A stretch of 64,000 nt of DNA, from the NCBI GenBank assembly GCA_963827235.1, contig CAWHAE010000009.1, forward strand, positions 768,001 to 832,000, written 5' to 3'. Origin of the DNA: an uncultured bacterium. GTDB taxonomy: Bacteria; Chloroflexota; UBA5177; JANWHV01. Within the stretch, counting starts at the first letter, position 1; each line of letters starts with the position of its first letter. Positions 29,143 to 39,552 of this stretch are shown in pieces. A program made the translations under genes and the position numbers. Under the pieces are notes generated by a model. The model was given only the letters and a program-made list of their open reading frames with translations. It did no database searches and was not told the origin of the DNA.

Positions 29143-30063
29143 TCAGTTGATAACCAGGTATTGCAGCCTGATCGCCGAGCGAGCCGGGGCGCTGGCGCCG
29201 ATCACGAATTGAGCTGCACTCCGTGCCGCGATCCAGATCCGCTGGGCGTCACCAGGATCATCCAGCAGGACAAGCAGAATCAGGCTATCAGCCCCGGCCG
29301 CCGCGGCCGATACGGTCAGCATGCGCTCACCTTTTGGGAGGCAAACCTCCCCAATTGCGCAGCCATGCAGCCGTATGCGCCCCTCGACGTCCAGCGCAAT
29401 CCCGGTCGGACCCGTAGCCCGCGCACGCACGCCGATGCCCCGGGTGCTGCACCCGTCCACGGCGCAGCCGCTGGCGCTCCTGGCAACCAGGCTGTCGCCG
29501 GACGTGCTGGTGGCGTACACACCGTCACCGTCGCCCCCCTCGGCGAAGACAGCGGCCGGCCGCGGGGCCTGGCCGTTGCCCAGGGCAGCACCTCCCACCG
29601 CGTGGAGGCCGGTGCCCAGCGCGCTTTGCGCGTAGACGCCATTTGCCGGACCGAGGCTCATCGCCGTGACGCCGGCGCCACGCTCACTCAATGCGCTCAG
29701 CCCATCGCCTTCGCCGAAGCTCCGGCAGTAGGCGCCGGTGCCCTGGACGCTGGCGGCATAGAGGCCGTAGCCCTCGACACTGAAGGCGCGAAGATCGCTG
29801 CCGTCCTTCGCCGGCACGACTGCCGGCGTGGTACGGTCTCTCTCGCCCGTCGCAATGGGCGGCAGCTGCACGCCGGTGCCCTGTGTGCCGGCCGGGTTGG
29901 AAAGCAGCCCGCGCAGCGTGTGTACTTCGCGCCGCAGCCTGTCCACCTCGCGTCGCAGCCCGTTGGTCTCGCGCTGATGGCGCTGCTGTACCTGCCGGTG
30001 TTGCCGTGCGAGCGCCGCCTCTCTCGAATCGCCTACGTCCATTGGACCGCCCACCCGTGGCAT
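29143..30063 (-). CDS. Hypothetical protein: coiled coil, G.GV.A.S beta-helix-like repeats, fibre-tip-like C-terminal domain
   Basis: LRREVDRLRREV heptads; ~10-aa repeats (GYGLYAAS, GTGAYCRS, GAGVTAMS, GDGVYATS). Start may be 30042. Confidence 0.7.
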   Translation of the reverse strand: MPRVGGPMDVGDSREAALARQHRQVQQRHQRETNGLRREVDRLRREVHTLRGLLSNPAGTQGTGVQLPPIATGERDRTTPAVVPAKDGSDLRAFSVEGYGLYAASVQGTGAYCRSFGEGDGLSALSERGAGVTAMSLGPANGVYAQSALGTGLHAVGGAALGNGQAPRPAAVFAEGGDGDGVYATSTSGDSLVARSASGCAVDGCSTRGIGVRARATGPTGIALDVEGRIRLHGCAIGEVCLPKGERMLTVSAAAAGADSLILLVLLDDPGDAQRIWIAARSAAQFVIGASAPARSAIRLQYLVIN

Positions 30064-30249
30064 ACTCTATTCAGACTCGACCGGTGCCGTCGTTCCCCGA
30101 GGTTCGCATGTCGATTGTTCTCCCAGTCTGCTCCTTCACCCATCACCGCACCACGACGTCTGCTCACCGAGCACTCACCTTCCGGCGGTGAGCGGTCCTA
30201 CGATCGGGAGGGGAACCTCTTCTCTCGTTGCGAAAAGGCACGACCGCGC

Positions 30250-32802
30250 ATGATGGCTGATCCACCGCCGGCCAATGCTCAATTCGGCGCCCTCCTCAAG
30301 CGCTATCGTCTGGCGGCCGGACTGACCCAGGAAGACTTGGCGGAGCGCGCCGGTATCAGTGCTCGCGCGGTGAGCGATCTGGAACGGGATGGTAGCCGTA
30401 CACCGCGGCCAGACACGCTGGCCTTCCTTGCCCAGGCGCTGGGTCTGAGCGCGATGGAGCGAGCCGGCTTCATTGCGGCCGCACACCCCGAGGCGGGTGC
30501 TCCCACCACGCCGATTGCCGCGCCAGTCAGGGTCCTACCGTGGGCCGGCGTCCTGCCGGCACCGCCTTCACCGCTCGTTGGGCGCGATCAGGATGTCGCG
30601 ACTGTCGTCGCGCTGTTCGAGCGAGCTGACGTTCGCATGGCGACGCTCACCGGACCAGGCGGAGTCGGCAAGACGCGCTTGGCCCTGGCGGTGGCAGCGT
30701 CTCTCGCAAGCGCCGGCGAGCCGGTGTGTTGGGTGGACCTCTCGGCCCTGCGTGAAGCCGGCCTGCTGGGGTTTGCCGTGGCCCAGGCATTGGGCGTGCA
30801 GCCGGTGGGAACACGGCCGGTAGTGACGCTCCTGATGCACCACCTGCACAGCAGTCGGCTGATGCTGGTACTCGACAATTTCGAGCACGTGCTCCCCGCT
30901 GCCACGGTGCTCTCCACGCTGCTGGAAGGTTGCCCACACCTACGTATCATCGTGACGAGCCGCGCCCGGCTGCGCCTGCGCGCCGAGATCGATGTGCTGG
31001 TGCGACCGCTGCCTGTACCCGGCGCGGACCGCCTCCTGGCACCGGCCGAGCTGGCCAACGTGCCCTCGGTGCAGCTGTTTCTGGGCCGTGCCCAGGCCGT
31101 GGCGTCCGACGTGCGCCTGACGGCTGCTACCGGGCCGGTCATTGCCGAGATTTGCCGGCGGTTGGATGGTCTGCCCCTTGCGTTGGAGCTTGCGGCGGCA
31201 CGATCCCGGTTGCTGCCGCCGCAGGCCCTGCTGGCGCGCCTCGCCAGCAGGCTTGGGATACTGGTCGGCGGGGCGAACGATCTGCCGGCCCGCCAGCAGA
31301 CGCTGCGCGCGACCCTCGAATGGAGCGACGAGTTGCTTGGCGCGGAGGAGCGCCGGCTGTTTCGCCGGCTCGCCGTGTTTGCAGGCGGATGGACGCTGCA
31401 GGCGGCGGAGGCGGTGTGCGGCGGGGCCGGGATGGGTGATGTGCTCGGCGCGATGAGCACATTGCTTGACCAGAGCCTGATCCAGCGCCGTGACGCATCG
31501 GCCGATGAGCCGCGATACGACATGCTGCAGACGGTGCGCGAGTACGCACTCGAGCAGTTGGTTATCGGCGGGGAGCTGCCGGCGGTTCACCGGGCTCATG
31601 CCGCGTATTTCTTGTCCTTGCTTGCAGGCGCGGAGCAGGGGCTGATCGGTGCGGACCAAGCTGCATGGCTGAAGCTGCTCGAGCGCGAGCAGGAAAACCT
31701 TCGCACCGTGCTGGTATGGTCGCTGGAGACGCGGGAGCCCCGTGCCGGGCATGCGCCCGGCGTGCCGAGCGAATCGCGACCAGAGCCGCTCGAGATTGGA
31801 ATGCGTCTGGCAGGCGCGATCTGGCGGTTCTGGCATGTGCGCGGCCAGGTGACCGAAGGCCGTGCCTGGCTGAGCCGGCTCCTGGCCCGGCCGCTCGCAT
31901 TGCGTGATGCCGAAGAGGCCGCGCTGCGCGCCAAGGTGCTCGCAGCCGCCGCTGCGCTCGCCACGGAGCAGGGGGACCATACGGGTGCCGCCGACCTTGC
32001 AGGCGAAAGTCTTGACCTGTATGGCCGGCTCGGCGATCGACGTCGCGTCGCGTCAGTGCAGAATATCCTGGGTGCCGCGTTGATGCGGCTGGGCCGGTAC
32101 GCGCCTGCCGGCGCACTGTTCGAGGAAAGTCTCAGTTTGTTCAGAGCCCTGGAGATTCCCCAGAGCGTTGCCACCGTGCTGAACAACCTGGGCCTGCTGG
32201 CTCGGCACACGGGAGATCTCGCCCAAGCATCGGCATGCTATGCGGAGAGTCTTGCCATCAAGCGCGCGCTGGATGACCCGCGCGGCATCGCCGTGTCTCT
32301 GAACAATCTGGGTGATGTGGCGCTCGATCAGGGGAACCTTGAGCGGGCAACACAGTTGTTTGAGGAGAGTTTAGCGCTGTTCCGCCGGCTCAATGGCCAT
32401 TGGGGCATTGCGTTGCTGCTCACCAATCTTGCCGATGTCGCACGGGCCAGGGAGGACTATGGGCAGGCAGGGGACTTGTACCGGCAGAGTCTGGCGATGT
32501 ACCGGGACCAGAGCAACTATTTGGACGTGGCGGAGTGCCTGGACGGTTTGGCAGCCGTGGCCCTGGCGCAGGGCAGCCCGCACTCTGCCGCTCGCTTGCT
32601 TGCGGCGACAGCGGCCATTCGGGCCACGCTCGGTACCTCACAGACCCTCGCCGAACGCACGGAATACGACAGCACGATCGCCGCGGTACGCTCGGCCGCC
32701 GGCGACAGCGCATTTGCTAGCGCCTGGCAAGCAGGACAAGCGCTCTCCCCCGAGGACGCGATTGCGGAGGGGCTCTCCTGGCAGCCCGTTGCTTTGCCCT
32801 GA
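30250..32802 (+). CDS. XRE-HTH + STAND NTPase (NB-ARC-like) + TPR regulator
   Basis: FGALLKRYRLAAGLTQEDLAERAG.S.RA.SDLER; Walker A GPGGVGKT; Walker B LVLDNFE; ICRRLDGLPLALELAA; TPR LNNLG repeats. Confidence 0.92.
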   Translation: MMADPPPANAQFGALLKRYRLAAGLTQEDLAERAGISARAVSDLERDGSRTPRPDTLAFLAQALGLSAMERAGFIAAAHPEAGAPTTPIAAPVRVLPWAGVLPAPPSPLVGRDQDVATVVALFERADVRMATLTGPGGVGKTRLALAVAASLASAGEPVCWVDLSALREAGLLGFAVAQALGVQPVGTRPVVTLLMHHLHSSRLMLVLDNFEHVLPAATVLSTLLEGCPHLRIIVTSRARLRLRAEIDVLVRPLPVPGADRLLAPAELANVPSVQLFLGRAQAVASDVRLTAATGPVIAEICRRLDGLPLALELAAARSRLLPPQALLARLASRLGILVGGANDLPARQQTLRATLEWSDELLGAEERRLFRRLAVFAGGWTLQAAEAVCGGAGMGDVLGAMSTLLDQSLIQRRDASADEPRYDMLQTVREYALEQLVIGGELPAVHRAHAAYFLSLLAGAEQGLIGADQAAWLKLLEREQENLRTVLVWSLETREPRAGHAPGVPSESRPEPLEIGMRLAGAIWRFWHVRGQVTEGRAWLSRLLARPLALRDAEEAALRAKVLAAAAALATEQGDHTGAADLAGESLDLYGRLGDRRRVASVQNILGAALMRLGRYAPAGALFEESLSLFRALEIPQSVATVLNNLGLLARHTGDLAQASACYAESLAIKRALDDPRGIAVSLNNLGDVALDQGNLERATQLFEESLALFRRLNGHWGIALLLTNLADVARAREDYGQAGDLYRQSLAMYRDQSNYLDVAECLDGLAAVALAQGSPHSAARLLAATAAIRATLGTSQTLAERTEYDSTIAAVRSAAGDSAFASAWQAGQALSPEDAIAEGLSWQPVALP

Positions 32803-33604
32803 GATCGGCGTAGTCTCCCGGCGACTTGGGTAGATCCGTCCGCGCATTCCCGCGACGTGGACGGGATCCCGATGGCAGCGGCGGAGGGAAGCGACTTTGA
32901 CCGTGACCGTATTCCCCTTCACTACCGGATCACTCAGCTGGGCCGGTGCTCCCGTTGCGCCCCGCGATAGGGTGAGAGGTTCTGCCTCACCCGCACCCTA
33001 CGGTGCTGCAGGCAGCAATCTCTTGTCAGCACTTGATCGGCGCCAGAGGCGCCAGGACATTCTCCTTTACGGCCACCTTTTCCATTACCTGCAACTTCGA
33101 GGCGCAGTTGTTCGGCTTGACGGTGTCGTCGCCTGCCAAGGCCCTGTTCCAGATAACTGCCTCCTACAAGCATCCACCGTGCCGAGGTGCCCGAGCTGAG
33201 GAGCATCGCCGTGCGATGAGGCGCATGGCATTGCTCAGCGCGGCTGCGATGCGTACCGCCCCACCTGCACCGGGCTGTGCGCAGACCGAGGATACGTTAG
33301 CCTGACGGAAAGAGAGCTTGACTCGCAGGTGTACGATTGAGGCTGTAGTGGATGCAAAGACCTGCAGTCTCTAGAGGATTCGGCGCCATCAGGCCCTGAC
33401 GATGCAGCGAGCGTTAGCTTCTCTTGACGCCTATCTTCGCTTGGCCACTCCGACTGCAAAGAGCAACTGGTGAAACCGGCCACGACGAGTGTCGCGTGCC
33501 GGTTTCTTGCTGTCTGCGGCGGGCGGTAGACCCTCGGAAGCCGGGACGTGCGCCCCGTGCGTGCGCGTCGAATGCGAGAAAGCCGGGCAACCAGAGGAGG
33601 AGCA

Positions 33605-34399
33605 ATGGTGTTCCGTAGACAGCTAATTCGCTTGGTCTGTATACCCCTGCTCCTGGCTACGCTGCCGGCGACAAGCGTGCGCCATGCCGCGGCAGCCGGC
33701 CCGGGGCTGAAGTTCACGGAGCAGCCCTTAGTCGCGCTCGTGAACGACGGAACGCACGACCTTTCGTGGACCTTTGGTCCGCTGTGCAAGGGCGGTCATT
33801 TCGGCACCGGCACCAGCGTCTGGCTCACGGTGAATGCTACCCTCAGGGATTTGACGAGCGGGCGCACTCGCGACCTCAAGAACGTGTTTGAAAAGAAGGT
33901 CTACGGCTCGGGCGTGCCGGAGCCGATTACCAGCCTCAAGCTCGGCGACAAGTACCTGCAGGATTTCAATCACGATTACATCGTGCCGCCAGGCAAGAAT
34001 ACGGCGTACCTGTCGGTTGACGGCTGCGACGATGAGGACGATACGCCTCCCCCCGCCACCACCTCGTGGGCTACCAGATGGGCCACCAAGCCATACGTAC
34101 AGAACTCGGTGCTCAGGGCGAAGAGGTCGAACATTCTGCTTATCGGCGTCTACAACCCGCTGGTCAAGGTGCCCGGCTCGCGGAACGGCTTCCGCATCAT
34201 GGCAATGACGCTCGTCGGCTTCACGCCCATGGACATTACGATCAGCGGCGCTGGCATCTCGCGGACTATGACCTGGGATCCCAATAAGGGCCAGATGGCG
34301 ACGCTCACGGTGACGCCCAAGCAGTCAGGAACCCTGACCGTTACCACCGGCGGCGAATGCTACGACAAAGGCAGCACCACGGTGAAGGTCGATCCCTGA
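33605..34399 (+). CDS. Secreted hypothetical protein
   Basis: SD GAGGAGGAG; signal peptide; coding-like composition; Ig-like C-terminus. Confidence 0.72.
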   Translation: MVFRRQLIRLVCIPLLLATLPATSVRHAAAAGPGLKFTEQPLVALVNDGTHDLSWTFGPLCKGGHFGTGTSVWLTVNATLRDLTSGRTRDLKNVFEKKVYGSGVPEPITSLKLGDKYLQDFNHDYIVPPGKNTAYLSVDGCDDEDDTPPPATTSWATRWATKPYVQNSVLRAKRSNILLIGVYNPLVKVPGSRNGFRIMAMTLVGFTPMDITISGAGISRTMTWDPNKGQMATLTVTPKQSGTLTVTTGGECYDKGSTTVKVDP

Positions 34400-34491
34400 C
34401 TTCCTTGACGGCTGAGCCTGGAGGCCGGCCTTCGATTTCTTGAATAATAGCGAGACCGTCGATGGCATGCAGAGAAAGGTAAGGACCGATC

Positions 34492-36315
34492 GTGAAACAC
34501 CATCGCTTCGTGTCCCTGTTCAGCACCGTCTCCCTCGCGGTCGTCATGGTAGCCAGCCAGCCTGCCGCCAACGTGCAGGCAGCCGCTGCCACGCCCTCGC
34601 TCATTGTCCCCGGGGTATCCGTGGGCCCCGTAGCGCTTGGACCTTCGGCCGGCGCGGCAAGCATCATGGCGGCGCTGGGCAAGGGTGCCGCCTTCGACAA
34701 GAGGCAGGACCAAGTGACCCAGACGGCAGGCACGGGCAACCTGAAGGGCATCTGGAAGGTACGCCTGTACAAAGGTCAGGTCGTGGACATCGAGACGACC
34801 TCGCCCGCGGTTGCCACCAAGTCGGGTATTCACGTCGGCAGCCTGGTCAAGGACGTGAAGGCCGCCTATGGCAGTGCCCTTCAGACCAACGGCAGCAGCC
34901 TCTTCCTGGTCGGCACGACACAGATCAAGGATAGCGTCGGCAATCTCGTACACACCTACTTTGACCTCGGCAAGACGAATACGAGCGTGGAGTCTATCCG
35001 CATGGGCTACTTCCCCTGGCTGACGCCCTGCTTCGACGGGCCGACCAACAAGGAAAGCGATAGTAACATACACAACGAGAAATGGACCACGCGTGGCTGC
35101 CCGTACTTGTTCGACTACGGCGACTTCTCGGTGCTTGGCACCGTGACGGCAGACCCGGGCGTGATCGTCAGGCTCGCCGATACGGACGGCTTGGCCAGTC
35201 TTGTGATCAGCGGAGCGCTGATCGCCGACGGCACCGCCGATCAGCCGATCATCTTCACCTCGGAGAACGATCAGGCGCGTGGCGCCATTGCTCCGTTCAC
35301 CGGCAAGGCACCCCACGCCAGCGATTGGGGCGCTCTCGCGACCCAGGACAAGGGCTCGCTCGAGCTCAATCACGCCATCGTGGCCTATGGCGGCGGGTCG
35401 GAGGCAGGCCACAGTGCTGCCATCTACGTTGTCGACCCGGGGTCCAGCGTCTCGATTGAAAACACGCTGATCGCCGACAACAGTCTCTACGGCATCGATG
35501 CCACCAACGCGGGCGTCCACACGGTGATCAAGACGACGGTGTTCTCGGGCAATCACCGCCCGTTGCTGGCAGGCCCGGGACTGCAGCTGGACAATAGCCT
35601 GAACTTCACGCCCACGAACATGTCCCCCAATACCCAGGCCGCGGTCTTCCTGCCGGAGATGAATCTCGCGTCCGGTCAGCTCGCGCTCTCGCTCACCGCC
35701 GTGCCGTTTGTACTGACGGACAACATCTCGGTTGGGTCCGGTGCCACGCTCACGATCGGTCCTGGTGTGGTGCTCAAGGCCGCCAAGACCGTCGAAGACG
35801 TGACGCCGGTGTACCTTTCTGTCGCGGACAATGCCTCCTTGCAGGTGAATGGCACGAGCAACGCGCCGGTGGTCATGACGTCGTTCCAGGACGATGCGGT
35901 GAAAGGCGACACGAATGGCGATGGCATCCGCACCAAGGCCACGCCGGGCGACTGGATAGGCCTTCAGGCGGCCGACCATGCCAAGCTCAGCGCGGATTAC
36001 CTGCATGTGCTGTACGCCGGGGCGGACTCTGGCGGCAACAAAGCTGCCCTGAACCTGAATACCGATGGAGGGGTCGAGATCACGGACAGCGACATAGCGC
36101 AGAGCTTGGGAGACGGAGTGCTCATCGGCGCGGATACGCACCCGGTCAGCCTGGCGAAGACGAGCATTCATGACAACGCCGGCTTCGGCATAGACTTCGC
36201 CTCGAGCGACAGCCAGGCCAGCGCGACGGTCACCGGCGTGACCTACAGCAACAACACCGCGGGCGAGATCGGCGTGGCTGGATCTCCCGTGCCCACGCCG
36301 ACGGCGACAAGCTGA
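34492..36315 (+). CDS. Secreted right-handed parallel beta-helix (pectin-lyase-like) protein
   Basis: Signal peptide; two G.L...GT...P..FTS..D....DW.(G/A)L...YGG/YAG units; SD AAGGA before GTG. Confidence 0.8.
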   Translation: MKHHRFVSLFSTVSLAVVMVASQPAANVQAAAATPSLIVPGVSVGPVALGPSAGAASIMAALGKGAAFDKRQDQVTQTAGTGNLKGIWKVRLYKGQVVDIETTSPAVATKSGIHVGSLVKDVKAAYGSALQTNGSSLFLVGTTQIKDSVGNLVHTYFDLGKTNTSVESIRMGYFPWLTPCFDGPTNKESDSNIHNEKWTTRGCPYLFDYGDFSVLGTVTADPGVIVRLADTDGLASLVISGALIADGTADQPIIFTSENDQARGAIAPFTGKAPHASDWGALATQDKGSLELNHAIVAYGGGSEAGHSAAIYVVDPGSSVSIENTLIADNSLYGIDATNAGVHTVIKTTVFSGNHRPLLAGPGLQLDNSLNFTPTNMSPNTQAAVFLPEMNLASGQLALSLTAVPFVLTDNISVGSGATLTIGPGVVLKAAKTVEDVTPVYLSVADNASLQVNGTSNAPVVMTSFQDDAVKGDTNGDGIRTKATPGDWIGLQAADHAKLSADYLHVLYAGADSGGNKAALNLNTDGGVEITDSDIAQSLGDGVLIGADTHPVSLAKTSIHDNAGFGIDFASSDSQASATVTGVTYSNNTAGEIGVAGSPVPTPTATS

Positions 36316-36867
36316 GCCGCAGCGGCTACCGCCCTGACCAAGGCGGCACCGATCGATAGCACGGCAAAGTAGTCGGCGCGGCCAGGGAACGCTGAAGCCA
36401 AAGGCCTCACACGCCGCCACGCGCGGGGCCTTCGCCGGCACGGTGGCCACTCGTGCCCGTCGGCGCCGCAGCGGCGAATTGTTGTTGCCTGCGCAGCTCA
36501 TGCCGGACCCTGATGGGCCGATCCCGAATGGCCCGGCGCGCGGAGATGCACTGTGAAAGAGCTTCTCCAACTGGGAATGGATCGACGGCGCAGCCTCCGG
36601 CCCGGCCCAAGACCTGCTGGAGACCGGGATGGCCAGGAATAGGTAGCTACCACCGCCATGCCGGCACTGGTCAAGGGTGCGTGTAGTGCAGGAATGTGGC
36701 GAGACGTCGAAACTTACGGTGGTGCGTGCATGAGCCCGGCAGTATGATGGTGTCGGTACCCGAGCCTGAATCCTCAGCATGGCGTGCCACAGCTCGCGCG
36801 CCCCGCCATGTTGCCGGATAGCCGGGGTCCTGCCACGGCAATCGTGCACGAGAAGGAGGAGAGCGGC

Positions 36868-38316
36868 ATGCGACGCGGACTCGGCCGGTCCTTGTGGTTC
36901 TGTTGCTGCAGCGCGCTGGTCGTCGGCGTGTTGGGCCCTAGGACCGTCGCGGGAGCGAGGATGCCGGAAGCGGACGCGGCGCCACGTTCGTTCTCGCCGG
37001 CGGTACGGGCAGGCGAGCCGCGCAGACCAATCGCTTGGGCGGAGGCGCCGGCAGGGCTGACGATGGCGGTGCAGCAACTGATGCGCATGCACGGGAACAG
37101 CACCTGGAGTCAGCAGCAGGAGTTGGTCGCCAACGAGGGCGCTGGCGGTGACGAGTTTGCCTACTCCGTGGCCGTGAACAGCACCGGCGCCACGGCACTG
37201 ATCGGCATTCCTGGAGCGAACAATGCGCAAGGCGCGGCGGACGTGTTTTCTCGATCCGGCGGCACCTGGCACCTGCAGAGTGCGCTGACGGCCGGCGACG
37301 GCACGCCCGGCGACCACTTCGGCTGGTCCGTGGCCTTGAGCGGCGGTGGCAATACCGCCGTGGTCGGCGCCGACGACAAGGCGGTCGGCAGCAACAGCCA
37401 GCAAGGCGCGGCCTACGTGTTCACTCGCTCCAAGGGCAACTGGTTTCAGCGGCAAGAACTCACGGCTGCGGATGGCGGAGCGAACGACAACTTTGGCCTT
37501 TCGGTGGCGCTGAGCACCGACGGCGCCACGGCCTTGGTCGGTGCGCCGTACAGGACCTTGAGCCAAGCGAAGCAAGGAGCGGCCTACGTGTTTCTGCGCA
37601 GCAGTAACACCTGGAGCCAGCAGCAAGAGCTGACCGCCAATGACAGCGTGGGCAAGGACTATCTCGGCTACGCCGTGGCCTTGAGCGCAAATGGCACCAC
37701 GGCGCTGGTCGGTGCCGTGGGCAAGACGGTCAACGGTAACGAGGGCCAGGGCGCAGCCTACGTGTTCGCCCGCACGGCCAGCATTTGGAGCCAGCAGCGA
37801 GAGTTGATTGCCGGTGACGGCGACGCCGCCGACGAGCTCGGCTCATCCGTGGCGCTGAGTGCCGAGGGCAACACCGCTCTGGTCGGCGCCGGCAGCAAGA
37901 TGGTCAAGACGAAATACGCTCAGGGCGCCGCGTACGTATTTGTGCGATCGGGCGGCACGAATGCCGCTTGGAGCGTACCGAATGAGCTTATCGCCGCTGG
38001 CGGCAGTGAGTTTGACGAGTTTGGCCGGTCAGTGTCGCTGAGTGGCGGCGGCAACACAGCCCTGGTCGGTGCATGGGGCAAGACAGACCACGGCAAACAC
38101 GAGCAAGGTGCGGCCTACGTGTTCGCCCGCTCAGGCGGCACCTGGAGCCAGCAGGGGAGCGACCTGACGCCGAGTGACGGCGCGAATGGCGACCAATTCG
38201 GTTGGGCTGTGGCCCTGAGCGCCGACGGCAGCACTGCCTTGGTGGGCGCGGCTGATGAGGCGTTCGGCCGCAGCTATAGGCAAGGCGCAGCCTACCTGGA
38301 CACCCGCCACGCCTAG
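36868..38316 (+). CDS. Secreted FG-GAP repeat (integrin-alpha-like beta-propeller) protein
   Basis: Seven ~56-aa repeats EL.A.DG...D.FG.SVALS..G.TALVGA...QGAAYVF.RS...WSQ; SD AAGGAG. Confidence 0.88.
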   Translation: MRRGLGRSLWFCCCSALVVGVLGPRTVAGARMPEADAAPRSFSPAVRAGEPRRPIAWAEAPAGLTMAVQQLMRMHGNSTWSQQQELVANEGAGGDEFAYSVAVNSTGATALIGIPGANNAQGAADVFSRSGGTWHLQSALTAGDGTPGDHFGWSVALSGGGNTAVVGADDKAVGSNSQQGAAYVFTRSKGNWFQRQELTAADGGANDNFGLSVALSTDGATALVGAPYRTLSQAKQGAAYVFLRSSNTWSQQQELTANDSVGKDYLGYAVALSANGTTALVGAVGKTVNGNEGQGAAYVFARTASIWSQQRELIAGDGDAADELGSSVALSAEGNTALVGAGSKMVKTKYAQGAAYVFVRSGGTNAAWSVPNELIAAGGSEFDEFGRSVSLSGGGNTALVGAWGKTDHGKHEQGAAYVFARSGGTWSQQGSDLTPSDGANGDQFGWAVALSADGSTALVGAADEAFGRSYRQGAAYLDTRHA

Positions 38317-38676
38317 GCGACTGCGCACACCGAACGCGAGATCGGCACACCATATGCCACGCGGATTAACATGATCCAGCCAAATGCTTCCGGACTCCCG
38401 AGATCGCCCGCCATCCGGCTACCGAGCCTCACCGGTTGGGGCAGAGGCAGCCAGGAACTGCAAGGTGATCGTGTCACCACACTCAGGGCTTCGCCGAGGA
38501 GCTCCGCACGACCATCTCGGTCGGCAGGACGATGGGCTGCGCTGGCTCCTCTGGCCCTTCACTCACTTGGGACTCCGTAGCCCGCCCACCGTTGCCTCCA
38601 CCATGGCCCGCCGTCGGACGGACTCGCAGGCGTGCGCCGACGCCCCGGCGCGGTCCGTAAGGCGCCGACCTCCCGC

Positions 38677-39552
38677 TTAACGTAACCCGGCGAACAGATC
38701 GCGTTCGGGCAGCGGCGCGTCGACCGTCGAACGCACGCGCACGTACTCTTCGTCGCCGAAGGCGCGCAGCACGATCTCGGGCCGCACGTCGAAGAGGAAG
38801 AACTCGGGAGCAATCTGCGTGCGGTGGCAGCGTAGCGCCGCCACCTTGCGCTCGGCGTAGCTCACGACGTCGACGCGGGTGGTGATGCGCTCGCTGGGAA
38901 TGCCGCGGGGAGGGCTATCAGGGGGCGGCGGATTGCGCAGCCAGGGTATGTTCAGGTCGAGCTCCTCGGCAAGCGCCCGCCACCGCTCGATCTGGTCCGT
39001 GCTGCGGCCGCACATGTACAGCTTGCTGGGCTGCCAGGGCATGCCGGCGTCGACGTACTGCTTCGGATCGCCTGCCGCATCGAATGCCCGTCCCGTGACC
39101 TGGTAGGCCTTGATGTGGTCCGGATGCCCGTAGCTGCCGTTCTCGTCGTAGCTGACCAGTACCTGCGGCCGGTACCTGCGCACCAGCCGGACCAGGCGCC
39201 TGGTGGCCTCATCCGGATCGGCCATGTGGAAACAGGCCGGATTCTGGTTGGCCTCCGTGCCGGCCATGCCGGAGTCTCGATATCCCAGGTAGTCGAGCGT
39301 CTCGATACCGATCACGCGGGCGGCGGCTTCGAGCTCGCCCTTGCGCACCTCGCGTAGACGCGCGCGCGTCTCACTCGTGTTGAGCGCCGGATCGACGATC
39401 TCGCCTTCCTCTCCGCCGGTACAACACACGTTGATCGTATGAATGCCCTGTTCCGCATACAAGGCCAGCATGCCGCCTGTCGCGAACACCTCGTCGTCGG
39501 GGTGGGCGTGCACGGTCATCACCGCCAGCGAACCCGCTTCTCTACTCGCCAT
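38677..39552 (-). CDS. PIG-L family deacetylase (MshB/Mca-like)
   Basis: HAHPDDE, T.GEEGEI, R..EL..A, LGYRDSGM.G..AN, YDENG.YGHPDH, H.TQ. Confidence 0.88.
   Translation of the reverse strand: MASREAGSLAVMTVHAHPDDEVFATGGMLALYAEQGIHTINVCCTGGEEGEIVDPALNTSETRARLREVRKGELEAAARVIGIETLDYLGYRDSGMAGTEANQNPACFHMADPDEATRRLVRLVRRYRPQVLVSYDENGSYGHPDHIKAYQVTGRAFDAAGDPKQYVDAGMPWQPSKLYMCGRSTDQIERWRALAEELDLNIPWLRNPPPPDSPPRGIPSERITTRVDVVSYAERKVAALRCHRTQIAPEFFLFDVRPEIVLRAFGDEEYVRVRSTVDAPLPERDLFAGLR

Noticed and set aside
29161-30249. N-terminal 363-aa extension of the XRE-STAND ORF
   Set aside because: Overlaps the opposite-strand gene 29143-30063; homology starts at the HTH after ATG 30250.
34360-37626. 1088-aa minus-strand ORF, and similar long ORFs at 919-2916, 17137-19299, 50446-52218 and 59186-60784
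   Set aside because: Antisense shadows of well-supported genes, typical of high-GC codon bias; no recognisable motifs.
37100-38300. Regularly spaced DNA repeats resembling a CRISPR or tandem array
   Set aside because: They are degenerate in-frame FG-GAP protein repeats, and no cas genes are present. The same applies to the RCC1 repeats at 60300-61330.
25928-38316. Prophage or integrative element
   Set aside because: No integrase, terminase, capsid, transposase or flanking att repeats were seen.
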